From: a virus
Taxonomy: Duplodnaviria > Caudoviricetes
DNA length: 35,464 nt
Direction: 5' to 3' (one strand)
Virus record (IMG/VR): IMGVR_UViG_3300042887_003088
Location: 1 to 35,464 of that record
This document shows, one piece after another, positions 33,891 to 35,464 of this stretch. The position numbers were made by a program, and so were the translations under genes. Positions within the stretch are counted from its first letter, which is position 1. Each line of letters opens with the position of its first letter. The notes under the pieces are model-generated. The model saw nothing but the letters and a program-made list of their open reading frames with translations. It had not been told where the DNA came from and searched no databases.

Positions 33891-34157
33891 TCCGCGACTC
33901 AGCATTGACATTAACTCTAGTTTTTCAACTGTGGCTAATGTTCTGTTTATAGAATCTATTTCTAGTTGTGCTTTTTCTAAGTAACTTCTATTATGTGTTT
34001 GTCTATGCAAGACCATAATTTTACTGTGCTGCTGTATGTGTCTGTCTATAATTTTTTCTATTTGTTGTACATCGTGAACAAACATAGGAAATCGTTTTCG
34101 CCAAACTAAAAATTGATTTCTCAGTTGTGTAAAATCTTTATCACTTTTTATTTGCAT
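33888..34157 (-). CDS. Hypothetical helical protein
   Basis: 89-aa ORF with a TAAATA 4 nt upstream of the ATG. Confidence 0.7.
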   Translation of the reverse strand: MQIKSDKDFTQLRNQFLVWRKRFPMFVHDVQQIEKIIDRHIQQHSKIMVLHRQTHNRSYLEKAQLEIDSINRTLATVEKLELMSMLSRG

Positions 34158-34161
34158 CAGA

Positions 34162-34167
34162 TATTTA
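34162..34167 (-). promoter_or_regulatory. TAAATA late-type box, probably leaderless
   Basis: TAAATA TCTG ATG, immediately downstream of the capsid terminator, with no SD. Confidence 0.55.
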
Positions 34168-34170
34168 AGT

Positions 34171-34200
34171 CAAACAAAAAGGCTCCGAAGAGCCTTTTTG
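34171..34200 (-). terminator. Rho-independent terminator with C(UUCG)G tetraloop
   Basis: The minus strand reads CAAAAAGGCTC TTCG GAGCCTTTTTG TTTG, just after the capsid gene stop. It is symmetric, so potentially bidirectional. Confidence 0.92.
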
Positions 34201-34223
34201 AACTTTGTTGTAAAAGTCAGCAA

Positions 34224-35399
34224 TTAAGCAAACTTAACATTACCGCTAGTGATAGCAACGTTAGCCAAATAATCAGCTGCGTTACCTAGAGATGATGCTG
34301 TGTTAGTCAATTCAACATAACCATAACGTGTCATGAATGATACGACTGGTTCGAATGTTGATGGATCAAGTACAACTCCACTGCTCATCAATGGAATGTA
34401 TGGGCAGTAGAAAGCGGCTGCATCAGATTCAGAAGAACCTTTGTAACCAATTAGTACTGGAGCACTGTCAGCGGCATAACCGTTAACATAGATCTTCATA
34501 GCACTGTTCAATGTACCAACAAACTTGGTGTTTGTAGGAGCTTCGAATGTACCTTCTGTTGTACGAGCAAATGCGCTTGTAGTAGCAGACTGAAGAATTG
34601 TCAATGCAAATGGACTAACAACTGCAAAGTTACCTGCGCCACGACGTGTACGCTGTGCAATGATGTTGCTAGCACGGTTAATTTGAACAGCTAAAGCAGC
34701 GTGTTCGTCACCAACGAATGTAGCAGTACCACTAACAGTAGCCTGGTCGTAGGTTAGTACGGCTGTGCCAGATAGTGTTGTCAAGCTACGTAGAACTTCT
34801 TGATCGATCTCAGCTGTGATCTCTTGTGCAAGAGCAGCCATGATTTCTGCTTCGATGTCAATGCCTTGTTGGGCTTGTGCATCTTGAGCAGCTTCAAACG
34901 TCCAGCGAGCTGATAACTTACGTGTCTTAGCTTCAACTGTTTGTTTCAAGATCTGAATGCTCATTCTGTTACCAGCTGCACCTTCTTTGGCTGCTGTTGC
35001 ATCAGCTCTGCCATTTGTGTTACCAGAATATCCTTCTGCAACCTTAAATGGTGATAGAGCTTCTTCACCAGCACTTGCACTGTCACCAGTACTGCCTGTG
35101 TAGTTGTCTGCGTAACGAACACGTAGAGTGTGGATTTGACCCACTGGGCCAGTCATAGGCTGGACACCTACCAACTCGTTAGCAATAACTGTTGGCATTA
35201 CACGTCTAATGACGGGTAGAATAACACGGTTAAGTGTTGCGATATTGCCGGCGGATGTGGCTCCAGCAGTGGCACTCTCTGCCAAATACTTGCGGGTATT
35301 TTCTAGAGTAGTTGCCATTACTGAACGCTTGTTACCTTGAAGACCTTCTAAAAGAGCTTCTTTGGTTTCCGACCAGCGTGACTCGAGTAATTGTGACAT
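34224..35399 (-). CDS. gp23: Major capsid protein, T4 gp23 family
   Basis: LENT, RRVMP..IA.ELVGVQPMTGPVGQI, VEAKTRKL.A.W..E.AQD, EI.AEID.E, RRGAGNF, GYKG..E.DA..FYCPYIPL and F.P...FMTRYG. An AAGGAG RBS is present. Confidence 0.97.
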   Translation of the reverse strand: MSQLLESRWSETKEALLEGLQGNKRSVMATTLENTRKYLAESATAGATSAGNIATLNRVILPVIRRVMPTVIANELVGVQPMTGPVGQIHTLRVRYADNYTGSTGDSASAGEEALSPFKVAEGYSGNTNGRADATAAKEGAAGNRMSIQILKQTVEAKTRKLSARWTFEAAQDAQAQQGIDIEAEIMAALAQEITAEIDQEVLRSLTTLSGTAVLTYDQATVSGTATFVGDEHAALAVQINRASNIIAQRTRRGAGNFAVVSPFALTILQSATTSAFARTTEGTFEAPTNTKFVGTLNSAMKIYVNGYAADSAPVLIGYKGSSESDAAAFYCPYIPLMSSGVVLDPSTFEPVVSFMTRYGYVELTNTASSLGNAADYLANVAITSGNVKFA

Positions 35400-35410
35400 T
35401 ATAGTTCTCC

Positions 35411-35464
35411 TTAAACTTTTAGTCCCGCAAGCCTGCGGATGTCAATGATTTCAGCAGTTTTATC
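35411..35464 (-). CDS. 3' end of probable prohead scaffold/core protein (gp22-like), partial
   Basis: Reads DKTAEIIDIRRLAGLKV*. The TAA overlaps the capsid RBS, and the position upstream of gp23 is where gp22 sits in T4-like phages. Confidence 0.6.
   Translation of the reverse strand, partial: DKTAEIIDIRRLAGLKV

Noticed and set aside
1-35464. Stop-codon reassignment as in some jumbo phages
   Set aside because: Standard-code ORFs tile the window densely, and TAA, TAG and TGA all end genes at sensible boundaries.
1-35464. tRNA/rRNA genes or IS elements
   Set aside because: No intergenic cloverleaf, rRNA-like stretch, transposase or terminal inverted repeats were seen.

Overview
A 35.5-kb, AT-rich, densely coding segment of a large T4-like myovirus genome, probably an environmental jumbo phage. 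It uses the standard genetic code and almost all genes are on the minus strand. Reading right to left, it contains the 3' end of a probable prohead scaffold gene, a gp23-type major capsid protein with a C(UUCG)G terminator, and about 22 kb of fibre-like virion genes. These include two paralogous giant proteins (1872 and 2614 aa), three small paralogous adaptor-like proteins and a glycine-rich adhesin-like protein. Next come a plus-strand cassette of 2OG-Fe(II) oxygenases bracketed by two paralogous genes, further fibre genes, an S8 protease, a fibre with a C-terminal blue-copper motif, a rubrerythrin-like protein with degenerate iron ligands, and more oxygenases. T4-late-like TAAATA boxes precede many genes, and several genes look leaderless. 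The most notable observation is four repeats in the 2614-aa protein that resemble the phycobiliprotein globin fold, including the bilin-attachment C-x-R-D motif. Also notable are two structured 5' leaders, a recurring fibre-plus-adaptor gene pattern, and the concentration of metal/redox proteins among late virion genes. All family assignments come from motif recognition by eye, not from database searches.
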